Positions 43,264-52,221 are shown, counted from the first letter of the stretch. The stretch is DNA of 64,000 nucleotides from an uncultured Actinomycetes bacterium (GCA_963703275.1 OY969804.1:211154-275153); one strand, 5' to 3'. The notes: generated from the sequence alone by a model not told the origin. A program made the numbers and translations.

Positions 43264-43656
43264 CTAGGCCTCCCATGCTCCGACCTCGTAGGCCGCCCCC
43301 ACGGGCGCGCCGATAACGATCAGCGTGGTCGGCGTGGCGGTCGACTCGAACGTGCGCCTGACCGCGGGCTCGCAGGCGACCATCCCGCCCGCGGGCACGG
43401 TGGTGCGCTCGCCGTCGAGCGTTGCCGCCACCTCGCCGGCGTGGACGAAGTAGAGCTCCTGCTGGCCGGACTCCGTCTCGTCGTGCTCGGGGATGAGCAC
43501 CTTCCCGGCGTCCTTGGTGACCGCGTTCACGCCGAATGCGGTGATGCCGAAGTGGTGGCGGACTGACTTCCACGTAGCCGGCCAATCGGGCTTGACGGGC
43601 GGAATCTCGTTCACCTCGTCGATCTGCCAGCCGGCGCCCTTCGCTGCGACGCTCAT
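43264..43656 (-). CDS. Cupin-like protein
   Basis: HFGITAFGVNA, EHDE...QELYFV; AGGAG SD. Confidence 0.75.
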   Translation of the reverse strand: MSVAAKGAGWQIDEVNEIPPVKPDWPATWKSVRHHFGITAFGVNAVTKDAGKVLIPEHDETESGQQELYFVHAGEVAATLDGERTTVPAGGMVACEPAVRRTFESTATPTTLIVIGAPVGAAYEVGAWEA

Positions 43657-43686
43657 CGGGACTCCTCTCGGCTCGATCGGCCCATC

Positions 43687-44121
43687 CTACTCGCCGGTGA
43701 ACTCCATGATCTGGAGGCCGCGGTGGCGAAAGCCCTGCTTGGTGTAGAAGTCGGGGATCCCGACCTCGCGGTCGTCTGGCGTGACCCGCAGCTCGATCGA
43801 CTCGATGCCGCGCCGGCGGCACTCATCGACGGCGCTTCGCAGCAGGCTCGCGCCCAGTCCGCGGCCGCGCGCCGACGGCTGCACCCAGATCTCCTCGATC
43901 TCGGCGCTGGCGCCACCGCTGGCCGAGATGCGCACCGTGGTGGTCGCGACCGCGGCGTCGCCGGCCAATGTGAAGAACCCGCGGCCGGGGTCGTACAGGA
44001 TCGCCTCGACGTTCTGGCGCAGATGCCGCACCTCGCGCCCCTCGTGGCTGAAGAACGCCTTCAGGAGCCGGGTGACCACGGCGGCGTCGTCGGGGTTCGC
44101 GATCCTCGGCGGGACGGTCAC
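43687..44121 (-). CDS. GNAT family N-acetyltransferase
   Basis: EIWVQPSARGRGLGASLL, FYTKQGF; GTGA overlap with the upstream gene. Confidence 0.85.
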   Translation of the reverse strand: MTVPPRIANPDDAAVVTRLLKAFFSHEGREVRHLRQNVEAILYDPGRGFFTLAGDAAVATTTVRISASGGASAEIEEIWVQPSARGRGLGASLLRSAVDECRRRGIESIELRVTPDDREVGIPDFYTKQGFRHRGLQIMEFTGE

Positions 44122-45422
44122 CCCGCGACCCCGCAGTGCTCCACCGCGGCGAGCGCGATGGCCTGCGTGCAGGCGACCAGATCCTCGACGGGCACGTACT
44201 CGTCGACCGTGTGCCCCCAGGCGATGCTGCGCGGGCCGTACCCGATCGAGGGCGTGCCGCCGAAGCGGGTGAAGGTGGCCGCGTCGAACCACGAGTCGAG
44301 CCCGCCCAGGACACCGGGCCTGCCGGCCGCGGCGGTCGCGCGCAGCATCGTCTTGACGATCGGAAGCGCCGGGTCGACCTCGGCCGGCGGGATGTCGAGA
44401 TCCCATTCGACGACCGGCGGATGCTCGCGCAGCCACGGGTCGGCCTCGGCCGCGCGCGCCACGAAGGCCGCGATCTCGGCCTCGACGTCGCGGCCCCAGC
44501 CCTCGGCGTCGGCACGGCCCGGCAGGTACGTGACCTCGCACGTCATGCGGCATGTGGCCGGGTAGGTCACCGTCCACTCCCCGCCGCTGATCTTGACCGG
44601 GACGATGTCGCCCGGCGGCAGGTGCGCGTGGCGCTGCTCGGGGCTGCCGCGCCATTCCTCGCGCAGGCGCGCGACCGCGTCCATCACCACGCCCATCTTC
44701 TCGATCGCGTTGACCGCGCCCCCATCGCGCCAGTGTGGCTGGGCCATCTCGGCATGGCCGGGCCGGCCGGTGACCGTGAAGGTCGGCGTCAGCGATCCGC
44801 GGCACGCAACCCACACCTCGAACGCGGTCGGCTCGGGCACGATGCCGGCGTCGGCGCGCACGCCGTGGCGCACGGCGGCCAGGCCACCCGCCCCCGACGA
44901 CTCCTCGTCGGTGACGGTGTTCACGATCAGATCCCCGCGCAGCCGCACGCCCAGTCGCGCCAGCACCTCGGCCGCGAACACCATGCAGGCGACGCCGCCC
45001 TTCATGTCGCACGAGCCTCGGCCGTACAGGTTGCCGTCGCGCACCTCGGCCCGGTTGGGATCGCTCGTCCAGCGATCGCGCGGCTCGGACGGGACGACGT
45101 CGATGTGGCCGTTCAGGAGCAGGCTGTGCCCGCCGCCGGTGCCGGCGAACCGCGCGGCCAGCTGCGGGCGCCCGTCGAACCGCAGGCCGGGTGGCATCTG
45201 GCGCGACCCGGCGATGTCTGCGGGATCGGGCTCCCAGATGTCCACGGCGGCTCCGGCCGCGTTCAGGCGGTCGCCCAGGTATGCCTGGAGGTCGGCCTCC
45301 TGACGGGGCGGGTCGTCCGGCGTCCGGGCGGTTGTGTCGAACCCGATCAACCGCGTCGTCAGTTCGACCAACTCATCCCTGCCGGCGGCGACCGCATCCA
45401 GGATGCGTGCCTCCACTGTCAC
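44118..45422 (-). CDS. ArgE/DapE-family M20 deacylase
   Basis: NGHIDVVP, GRGSCDMKGG, DEESSGAG, GHTVDEYV. Confidence 0.9.
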   Translation of the reverse strand: MTVEARILDAVAAGRDELVELTTRLIGFDTTARTPDDPPRQEADLQAYLGDRLNAAGAAVDIWEPDPADIAGSRQMPPGLRFDGRPQLAARFAGTGGGHSLLLNGHIDVVPSEPRDRWTSDPNRAEVRDGNLYGRGSCDMKGGVACMVFAAEVLARLGVRLRGDLIVNTVTDEESSGAGGLAAVRHGVRADAGIVPEPTAFEVWVACRGSLTPTFTVTGRPGHAEMAQPHWRDGGAVNAIEKMGVVMDAVARLREEWRGSPEQRHAHLPPGDIVPVKISGGEWTVTYPATCRMTCEVTYLPGRADAEGWGRDVEAEIAAFVARAAEADPWLREHPPVVEWDLDIPPAEVDPALPIVKTMLRATAAAGRPGVLGGLDSWFDAATFTRFGGTPSIGYGPRSIAWGHTVDEYVPVEDLVACTQAIALAAVEHCGVAG

Positions 45423-45655
45423 AACCGCCGATGATAGTGAAGGCCAGGAACGGACAGGCGCACACGCCGCATCCACTGGAAGGGTCTGGGCACCAATCCC
45501 TCCGGCGGGGGATTCGACCGCCCGGGCTGTCACCCATAACGAGAGGGACGCCTCCGGGCCCCCCGAAGCTCGGACCAGCGGCCGGTTTCATCCCATCCGA
45601 CGGCCGTGGACGTCGCCTGCCCTGACCCCACCGCTCCGAGAGGGAGGTGCGCCTG

Positions 45656-45754
45656 ATGATCAAGTGGAATTCCGCCACCATCCGCGTTGCGCTTGCTCTG
45701 GGTGCCATCGCTTCCTTTGCGATCGCATCCGGCGCCGGCATTCGCTGGCAGTAA
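45656..45754 (+). CDS. 32-aa putative secreted or precursor peptide
   Basis: Not in ORF track. AGGGAGGT SD 7 nt before ATG; MIKWNSATIRVALALGAIASFAIASGAGIRWQ then TAA. Confidence 0.75.
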   Translation: MIKWNSATIRVALALGAIASFAIASGAGIRWQ

Positions 45755-45820
45755 GCGACTTTCGAGGATCGGGGGCAGGCTAACGAGGGCGCCGGTCCCG
45801 GCCGATAAAGGACCGAACCC

Positions 45821-47677
45821 GTGACCACCGCCGCCACCACGCCTGCTCCCGCCGCTCTCCCGCCCCGGCTGCTCCGATACGTCGTCACCGTTATCGCGTT
45901 GACCGTCCCGGTTGCGGTCGGGGCGATCCTCAAGGTGGCCGCGTCCACCCCGACCCTGGGCACCGTGGCCGGGGTGATGGTGTTTGCGGTGGCCGCCCTG
46001 GCGGCAGAGTTCAAGCCGGTGCCCCTGGACGAGCACGGCGCCCGCAAGGTGTCGCTCGCCTTTGTGTTCCTCCTGGCGTCCCAGATCCTGTTCGGCTGGC
46101 AGTACGCGGTCATCGCCGCACTGCTGGCCACCGCGGTTGTGGAGGGGGTCGAGCGCGGCTTCTCGCTGCGCGGCCTGTTCAATACCTGCGCGTACGCGCT
46201 CTCGGTCTTCGCCTCGGCCCTGCCCGGGTTCCTGCTGGGCTGGAACGGCGGCACCATCCGGCCTGGAGACGCCGCCAAGCTGACCGTCCTGGCCTTCGCG
46301 GGCGGCGCGGCATACGTGCTGACCAACGTCTCGCTGGTCGCCGTTGCCGTCGCGTTGGCGCAGCAGATACCGCTTCGCAACGCGCCTCGCGGCTACATCC
46401 GCCATCCGGGCCCGGCGTTCCTGATCATGGCATTCATCTCGGCGCTCGCCGTGTCGCTGTGGAAGGTCGACCCTCCGCTGGAGCTGCTGCTCGCGGGGCC
46501 CGTGTTCGCGCTGGCCCTGTACCTGCGCTCCTCCTACCGTACCGTCCTCGCGGTGCGTGACGCCGAGACCGACGCGCTCACCGGTCTCGGCAACCACCGC
46601 TCCTTCCAGATCGATCTGCGGCGGACGCTCGAGACGGCCGAGGAAGACGTCGGCATCATGTCGCTCGCACTGATCGACCTCGATGCCTTCAAGGACATCA
46701 ACGACCGCTTCGGCCACCCGGTCGGCGACGCCGTCCTGCGGGTGGTTGCCGACGTCCTGCGCGAGGAGTGCGGTGCCGGCGCCGCCTACCGGATCGGCGG
46801 TGAGGAGTTCGCGGTGCTCCTGCCCGGCCACACCGCGCAGGCCGCCGGCGTCAGCCTCGACCGCGTGCACCGCCGCCTGGCCGAGACGGAGTTCCCCCAC
46901 CGCGAGCGTGTCACCGTCAGCGCGGGCCTGGCCGTGTATCCCGAGCACGCCGCCGATCGCGAGAAGCTCTACGACGTCGCGGATGCGGCCCTCTACTGGG
47001 CCAAGAATCACGGCAAGAACCGATCCTGCGAGTACAGCCCGTCGGTGGTGCGGTCGTACACGCCCGCCGAGCTGGCCGAGGCGGCCGAGCGGCACGCACG
47101 GCTGCGCGCGGCCGAGGGGCTGATCCGGGTGGTGGACGCCAAGGACACCTATGCGGGCGCCCACTCCCAGTCGGTGTCCCGCCTGGCCGAGGCGATCGCG
47201 CGATCCATGGGGCTCGACGTCGAGGTCGTCGAACAGGTGCGCCTGGCCGGGCTGCTGCACGACCTCGGCAAGATCGCGATTCCCGACCGGATTCTGCAGA
47301 AGCCCGGCAAGCTCGACCCCGACGAGCTGCGCGTGATGCGCGAGCATCCCGTGCTCGGCGCGCGGCTCCTGGAGGGACTCGGCGTCTCGCCCGTCGACCG
47401 CTGGATCCTGCACCATCACGAGCGGTGGGACGGCTCCGGGTATCCCCTCGGGCTGACCGGCGAGGAGATCCCGCTCGGCTCGCGCATCATCCTCGTCGCC
47501 GACGCGTTCGACGCCATGACATCGGATCGCTGCTACCGCGCGGCGGGCACGCCGACGGCGGCCATCGCCGAGCTCCGCAAGCGCTGCTGGACCCAGTTCG
47601 ACGCCCGCGTGGTGGCGGCGCTCGAGCGGCTCGAGTCCACCGAACCGGTCGAGACGAGCATCCGGGCCGCCGGCTGA
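45821..47677 (+). CDS. Membrane sensor + diguanylate cyclase (GGEEF) + HD-GYP phosphodiesterase
   Basis: Multi-TM N-terminal region of about 240 aa; DALTGLGN, DLDAFKDINDRFGH, RIGGEEF; LLHDLGK, HHERWDGSGYP. Confidence 0.93.
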   Translation: MTTAATTPAPAALPPRLLRYVVTVIALTVPVAVGAILKVAASTPTLGTVAGVMVFAVAALAAEFKPVPLDEHGARKVSLAFVFLLASQILFGWQYAVIAALLATAVVEGVERGFSLRGLFNTCAYALSVFASALPGFLLGWNGGTIRPGDAAKLTVLAFAGGAAYVLTNVSLVAVAVALAQQIPLRNAPRGYIRHPGPAFLIMAFISALAVSLWKVDPPLELLLAGPVFALALYLRSSYRTVLAVRDAETDALTGLGNHRSFQIDLRRTLETAEEDVGIMSLALIDLDAFKDINDRFGHPVGDAVLRVVADVLREECGAGAAYRIGGEEFAVLLPGHTAQAAGVSLDRVHRRLAETEFPHRERVTVSAGLAVYPEHAADREKLYDVADAALYWAKNHGKNRSCEYSPSVVRSYTPAELAEAAERHARLRAAEGLIRVVDAKDTYAGAHSQSVSRLAEAIARSMGLDVEVVEQVRLAGLLHDLGKIAIPDRILQKPGKLDPDELRVMREHPVLGARLLEGLGVSPVDRWILHHHERWDGSGYPLGLTGEEIPLGSRIILVADAFDAMTSDRCYRAAGTPTAAIAELRKRCWTQFDARVVAALERLESTEPVETSIRAAG

Positions 47678-48246
47678 TGGTGCTCGCGCTCGCGGTCGCG
47701 CTCGGCGTGATCCTGGGGTGTGTGCTGGGCGGCCGTGTGTCGGCGCTCGCGACGATGCCGATCCGGGCGCCGTGGCTCTTCTACGTGGCCATCGCGCTGC
47801 AGGTCGCCGGGTATCCCTCGGGCGTGCTGCCGTGGAGCATCGGCAACTCGCTCGCGACCGGGCTCTGGCTCGTCTCCTATGCGGTGCTGATCGCGGCGGC
47901 CGCGGTCAACCTGCGCCTGCCGGGGGCCGCCGTGGTCGGCCTGGGCATGTTCTGCAACCTCGCCGCCGTGCTCGCAAACGGCGGCCACATGCCCGCCCTG
48001 CGATCGGCGCTGCGCGCCGCCGGCGTTCGCGAGCACGGCGTGCACAACAACAGCGCGGTCGCGGTGCACCCCCATCTGGCCTGGCTGATCGACCGCTGGC
48101 CCGTGCCGGCGTGGATCCCGATGGGCAACGTCTACTCGGTCGGAGACGTCCTGATCGCCGCCGGTGCGGTCGTGCTCGTGTGTGCCGGAATGGGCGTGCG
48201 CCTGCGCCGCCGGCCGCTCGAGGCGGGCGTCCCGGAGAGCGTCTAG
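47677..48246 (+). CDS. DUF5317-like integral membrane protein
   Basis: 189 aa, about 5 TM, NGGHMP, WLID, YSVGD; TGATG coupling to the HD-GYP gene. Family name from motif recall, not a search. Confidence 0.75.
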   Translation: MVLALAVALGVILGCVLGGRVSALATMPIRAPWLFYVAIALQVAGYPSGVLPWSIGNSLATGLWLVSYAVLIAAAAVNLRLPGAAVVGLGMFCNLAAVLANGGHMPALRSALRAAGVREHGVHNNSAVAVHPHLAWLIDRWPVPAWIPMGNVYSVGDVLIAAGAVVLVCAGMGVRLRRRPLEAGVPESV

Positions 48247-48848
48247 AAGTCGATCTCGAGCGGGCCGGTGGTCGCCTCGGCGTCCTGCGTCGGGTACCAG
48301 ACCCGGCCGCGGCGGACGACGATCAGCGATCCGCGCTTGTCCCCGGCCGCGGCGAACGTCACGCCGTCGCCGCTCCAGCGGCGCGCACCCGCGCGGCGCT
48401 CGAGCGAGCTCAGGTACTCGCCGACGTCGTCGACCGGGACGCCCACCTCGCAGACCGCGAGCATCGCGCCGGGACGAAACGGCGGCCGGTACGGCTCGGG
48501 CAGGTCGTGGTGGGCGATCAGCTCGACGACGTTCCCGTCGGGGTCGCGGAAATACATCGCGTCGGCGTTCCAGTCGGGGAACGCGAACGCGTGGCCGCCC
48601 TCGCCGTCCCGAAGCAGCTCTACCCGCGAGCCCAGCCAGGCGAGCGCGTCGGCGTAGGCCGCGGAGGGGATGCGGATGGCGAAGTGCTGCGGTGAGGCCG
48701 GCCCGGCCTCGAACACGAGCCGGGTCGTGCTGATCTTGATGGCGAGTGCCTCCGCGGCTCCCGAAACCTCGAGCCCGAGCGCGCTGCCGTAGAGCGCCCG
48801 CTGCGCGTCCAGGTGCGCCGATGCCAGCCTGATCTCGACCAGCTCCAC
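48243..48848 (-). CDS. VOC/glyoxalase-family protein
   Basis: HFAIRI, MYFRDPDGNVVELIA, CEVG. Confidence 0.8.
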   Translation of the reverse strand: MELVEIRLASAHLDAQRALYGSALGLEVSGAAEALAIKISTTRLVFEAGPASPQHFAIRIPSAAYADALAWLGSRVELLRDGEGGHAFAFPDWNADAMYFRDPDGNVVELIAHHDLPEPYRPPFRPGAMLAVCEVGVPVDDVGEYLSSLERRAGARRWSGDGVTFAAAGDKRGSLIVVRRGRVWYPTQDAEATTGPLEIDF

Positions 48849-48864
48849 CCCGTCATCGTACGAC

Positions 48865-49371
48865 TCAGGCGATCCGGACCGCGCCCTCGCAGTGGTCGGC
48901 GTACCAGCCGCTCGTGAGGCTCGAGACACGGACGTCGCCGCCCGCGTGCGGTGCGTGGATGAACCGGCCGCCGCCGGCGTAGATGCCGACATGATCGAGC
49001 CCGTCGAAGAAGACGAGGTCGCCGCGATGGAGGTCGTCGATGCCGATGCGGCGCCCCTCGCGGTACTGGGCGGCGGCGAAGTGTGGCAGCCGGACGCCGA
49101 GCTCGGCGTACGCATGCACCACGAGGCCGGAGCAGTCGAAGCCGGCCGGATCGCAGCCGCCGAAGCGGTAGGGCGTGCCCAGGTGGCGCTCGGCGATCGC
49201 AGCCGCCCGCGCGCCGAGGGTCTCGTCGCCGTCTGCGGTCACGGCCGGGGGGACGCTGACGCCCAGGGCGGTGCGCAGATGCCGGGCCGCCGCCCGCCGT
49301 CGCAGCGCCCGCTCCTGCGAGGAGCGCCACAGGTCCTCGGAGGCGAGGTCGCGTGTTGGAGCGCTCGTCAT
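48865..49371 (-). CDS. NlpC/P60 (C40) peptidase
   Basis: GTPYRFGG, FDCSGLV, HVGIY, FIHA. Confidence 0.9.
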   Translation of the reverse strand: MTSAPTRDLASEDLWRSSQERALRRRAAARHLRTALGVSVPPAVTADGDETLGARAAAIAERHLGTPYRFGGCDPAGFDCSGLVVHAYAELGVRLPHFAAAQYREGRRIGIDDLHRGDLVFFDGLDHVGIYAGGGRFIHAPHAGGDVRVSSLTSGWYADHCEGAVRIA

Positions 49372-49487
49372 CGTCCCCCCAGCGTGACTCACGCTGCGCA
49401 CGCTACCGATCGACTCGTGAAGGGGGTGTGGGCAAGGCGTTAGCGAAGTGTTCGGGAGCCGTCCACCGGCCCGGGTAGGCTGGCCGG

Positions 49488-49658
49488 ATGGCCGCCCCCG
49501 AACCGAAGCTCCGAACGATAGTCGCAGACCGGTCGGACTGCGCGGCCACCGCCCCCGGCGCGGGCGGCGAGCCGTGCCCGCGCTGCGCGGCCACCATGAT
49601 CTGGACGAAGGCGTCCTGGCACTGCCTCGCGTGTCGCTACAAGGAAGGGTGCTGCTAG
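49488..49658 (+). CDS. 56-aa Cys-rich zinc-finger-like microprotein
   Basis: Not in ORF track. ...CPRCAATMIWTKASWHCLACRYKEGCC; TAGGCT 6 nt before ATG. Confidence 0.65.
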   Translation: MAAPEPKLRTIVADRSDCAATAPGAGGEPCPRCAATMIWTKASWHCLACRYKEGCC

Positions 49659-49669
49659 AGACGGGTTTG

Positions 49670-51061
49670 TCAGGGCGACTGGAAGCCGGTGCGGCGCATG
49701 GCGCCCCAGCCTCGCTTGCGCCGGGCGATGTCGTACATCCCGGCGAGGCGGTAGAGGTCGATCAGCTGGCGGAACCACATGTTCTCGAACACCGCGAGGC
49801 ACATCATCCGGCCCAGGTCGCGCCCGCGCCGGTAGTTGCGGTAGCCGTGCTCCTCGAACCCGCACGCCACCAGCGTCACCAGCGATCCCAGCACCCACGA
49901 GCAGAAGATGAAGGCCGCCACCAGGTGATAATCGACGATCCCCAGAGCCAGGCCGATCGGGAACGCGATCCAGGCGGCGGCCTCCATCACCGGGCCCAGG
50001 AACTCGAACGTCAGGAAGTACGGCAGCGCGATCATGCCGGGCGTGCCGTAGCGGCGCCGCAGCATCATCGACCGGTGCCGCCACAGGCACTCCCACAGGC
50101 CGCGGTGCCAGCGGCGGCGCTGGCGGCCGAGTGAGCCCATGTCGGACGGAACCTCGGTCCAGCAGACCGGGTCGGGGCAGAACGTGATCCGGTAGGGCCG
50201 GCGGCTGTCACGCATGTGCCTGTGCAGCCGCACGGTGAGCTCGAAGTCCTCGCCCACGGTGTCCGTCCAGTACCCGCCGACCTCGTCGAGGACGTCGCGG
50301 CGGAACAGCCCGAACGCTCCCGAGACGATCACGAGCGCGCCGATCGTGTCCCAGGCGACGCGGCCGAACAGGAACGCGCGCAGGTACTCGATCACCTGAT
50401 AGGCGGCGAGCCTGCCGCTGGGCATCCGCGCCTCGACCACGCGGCCCGACTCGATCCGGCACGAGTTGCCGACCCGGATCGTGCCGCCCACCGCGATCAC
50501 ACGATCGGGATCCTCGAGCACCGGCCGCACCATCACCGTCAGCCCATCGGGATCGAGGATCGAGTCGGCGTCGGTGATGCACACGTACGGGTGGCGGGCG
50601 ACATCCAGGCCGGCGTTCAGCGCGTCGGCCCGGCCGCCGTTCGCCTTGCGGACGAGGGTGATGTCGTGCGGCGTCGTGCCCCGGTACATCTCGGTGATCG
50701 GCTCGTACTGGAGCCGGCCGCGCGGCGCCGGCGACACCTGGCGCAGGTCGTACGCGTCGATCAGCGTCTGCGCCGTTCGGTCGGTTGAGCCGTCGTCGAC
50801 GAGCACGAGCTCGAACAACGAGTAGCGCTGGGCCAGGAGCGACGAGACCGACTCCAGGATCACCGTCTCCTCGTTGTAGGCCGGCACGACGATGGAGATC
50901 CCGGGCGTCAGCGGTGACGCGAACGCCTCCTCGTGCCAGGCCCAGCTGCGGCGCCGCACCGTGCGGGTCATCCCCCGCCGCGCGAGCGGCCACAGGAGCA
51001 GGTAGGACAGGTTGAGCGTCAGTGCGTAGATCGTCGAGGCGAGGCCGACCACCTCAACCAT
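49670..51061 (-). CDS. GT2 processive glycosyltransferase (PgaC/IcaA-like)
   Basis: PAYNE, DADS, GED, QRRRW, flanking TM helices. Confidence 0.9.
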   Translation of the reverse strand: MVEVVGLASTIYALTLNLSYLLLWPLARRGMTRTVRRRSWAWHEEAFASPLTPGISIVVPAYNEETVILESVSSLLAQRYSLFELVLVDDGSTDRTAQTLIDAYDLRQVSPAPRGRLQYEPITEMYRGTTPHDITLVRKANGGRADALNAGLDVARHPYVCITDADSILDPDGLTVMVRPVLEDPDRVIAVGGTIRVGNSCRIESGRVVEARMPSGRLAAYQVIEYLRAFLFGRVAWDTIGALVIVSGAFGLFRRDVLDEVGGYWTDTVGEDFELTVRLHRHMRDSRRPYRITFCPDPVCWTEVPSDMGSLGRQRRRWHRGLWECLWRHRSMMLRRRYGTPGMIALPYFLTFEFLGPVMEAAAWIAFPIGLALGIVDYHLVAAFIFCSWVLGSLVTLVACGFEEHGYRNYRRGRDLGRMMCLAVFENMWFRQLIDLYRLAGMYDIARRKRGWGAMRRTGFQSP

Positions 51062-51066
51062 TGTCC

Positions 51067-52074
51067 TCACGCGACACCTGCCTCGAGCAGGCTGGCGGCG
51101 TGGCGCAGCTGGGGATGCGCGTCCGGCTCGCGGCCCAGGTTCACCACGAGCGCGGGGGCGACCGCCGCCAGCGCCCGCGCAGCCACCTCGGCCACCTCGA
51201 CACAGTCGTGCTGCACGAGGCGCAGCAGCGTCGGCGCGCTGCGTTCGTCGCCGACCGTGGCGAGCGCGGTCGCCGCCGAGATGCGCACGTCGGCAACGTG
51301 GTCGCTCAGGAGCTCCTCGAGTGCATCGCCGACGTCGTCGGCGCCCAGGCGGGCCAGCGCTTCGCACGCACGCCGGCGCACGAGCGGCGCGTCGTCACCG
51401 AGCCGCTCGCGCAGCGAGAGGCTGTCGCGCGGGTTGCCCAGCCTGCCCAGGAGCTCCACAGCGCTCGCGCGGGCCGCGGGCTCCTCGTCGCGCAGGAGGT
51501 TGCGGATGCCCGGCAGGGCGGCGGTGCCGATCGAGATCAGGGCGCTGGCGGCAACGGCCCGCGGGACGAGTCCCTGGACGAGTGCGTAGAGCAGCGGGCC
51601 GGCGGCGGTGCGCGGCCGCAGCCGGCCGAGGCTGCGCGCGGCGGCCAGGCGGACGTCCGGGTCACGGTCGTTGAGCGCCTGGAGCAGCGGCACCTCCGCA
51701 AGCTGGCTGCACATGTCGCCGAGCATCGCCGCGTGCTCGGCCCTGCGGTGGGCGCGAGGGTCGGCGAGGCGGCGGCTGACCCGGGCAACGGCCCCGCTCG
51801 ATTCGAAGTGCCCGGCGATGGCCGCACGCGACTCGCCCGTGAGCGCGGGTGCGAGGTCGGCCAGGATCTCGGTCAGCGCCCGTTCGTCGCGGCGAGCCGC
51901 GGTACCCGCCGGCTCCCCGTCGAGCAGGGCGTGGGCGACGGGTTCGAGCCGCTCGCGGGCCTCGGCCCGGACGCCATCGCGGCGCACCGCGTGGGTACGG
52001 CGCGCCCAGAGCAGGAGCGAGTACATCACGCCCACGGCGATCAGTGCGAGGGCGGCTTCGAGGGGCGCTGCCAT
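51067..52074 (-). CDS. HEAT-repeat protein with N-terminal TM helix
   Basis: Repeated L.D.xx.VR..AA.ALG units. Confidence 0.85.
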   Translation of the reverse strand: MAAPLEAALALIAVGVMYSLLLWARRTHAVRRDGVRAEARERLEPVAHALLDGEPAGTAARRDERALTEILADLAPALTGESRAAIAGHFESSGAVARVSRRLADPRAHRRAEHAAMLGDMCSQLAEVPLLQALNDRDPDVRLAAARSLGRLRPRTAAGPLLYALVQGLVPRAVAASALISIGTAALPGIRNLLRDEEPAARASAVELLGRLGNPRDSLSLRERLGDDAPLVRRRACEALARLGADDVGDALEELLSDHVADVRISAATALATVGDERSAPTLLRLVQHDCVEVAEVAARALAAVAPALVVNLGREPDAHPQLRHAASLLEAGVA

Positions 52075-52166
52075 GACTTGGGCCTCTATCGGCCGGATTT
52101 TCAGGAATCCGTCGCCACTTCGACGTATCTTGCATCCCCCAAAGCGGGGAGGGTTTGCGCCGGTCG

Positions 52167-52192
52167 ACTACGAGTGTTAGTTTTTAGACTAA
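52167..52192. promoter_or_regulatory. Candidate TetR(WHG) operator / promoter
   Basis: AT-rich ACTACGAGTGTTAGTTTTTAGACTAA with inverted ACTA/TAGT half-sites, upstream of the MBL-TetR operon. Confidence 0.45.
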
Positions 52193-52221
52193 TGATGAAA
52201 GTCAACCAGGGAGAGACACTC

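Noticed and set aside
45520-45590. Canonical c-di-GMP-I riboswitch
   Set aside because: Lacks the AAAG junction and GNRA tetraloop; only partial resemblance.
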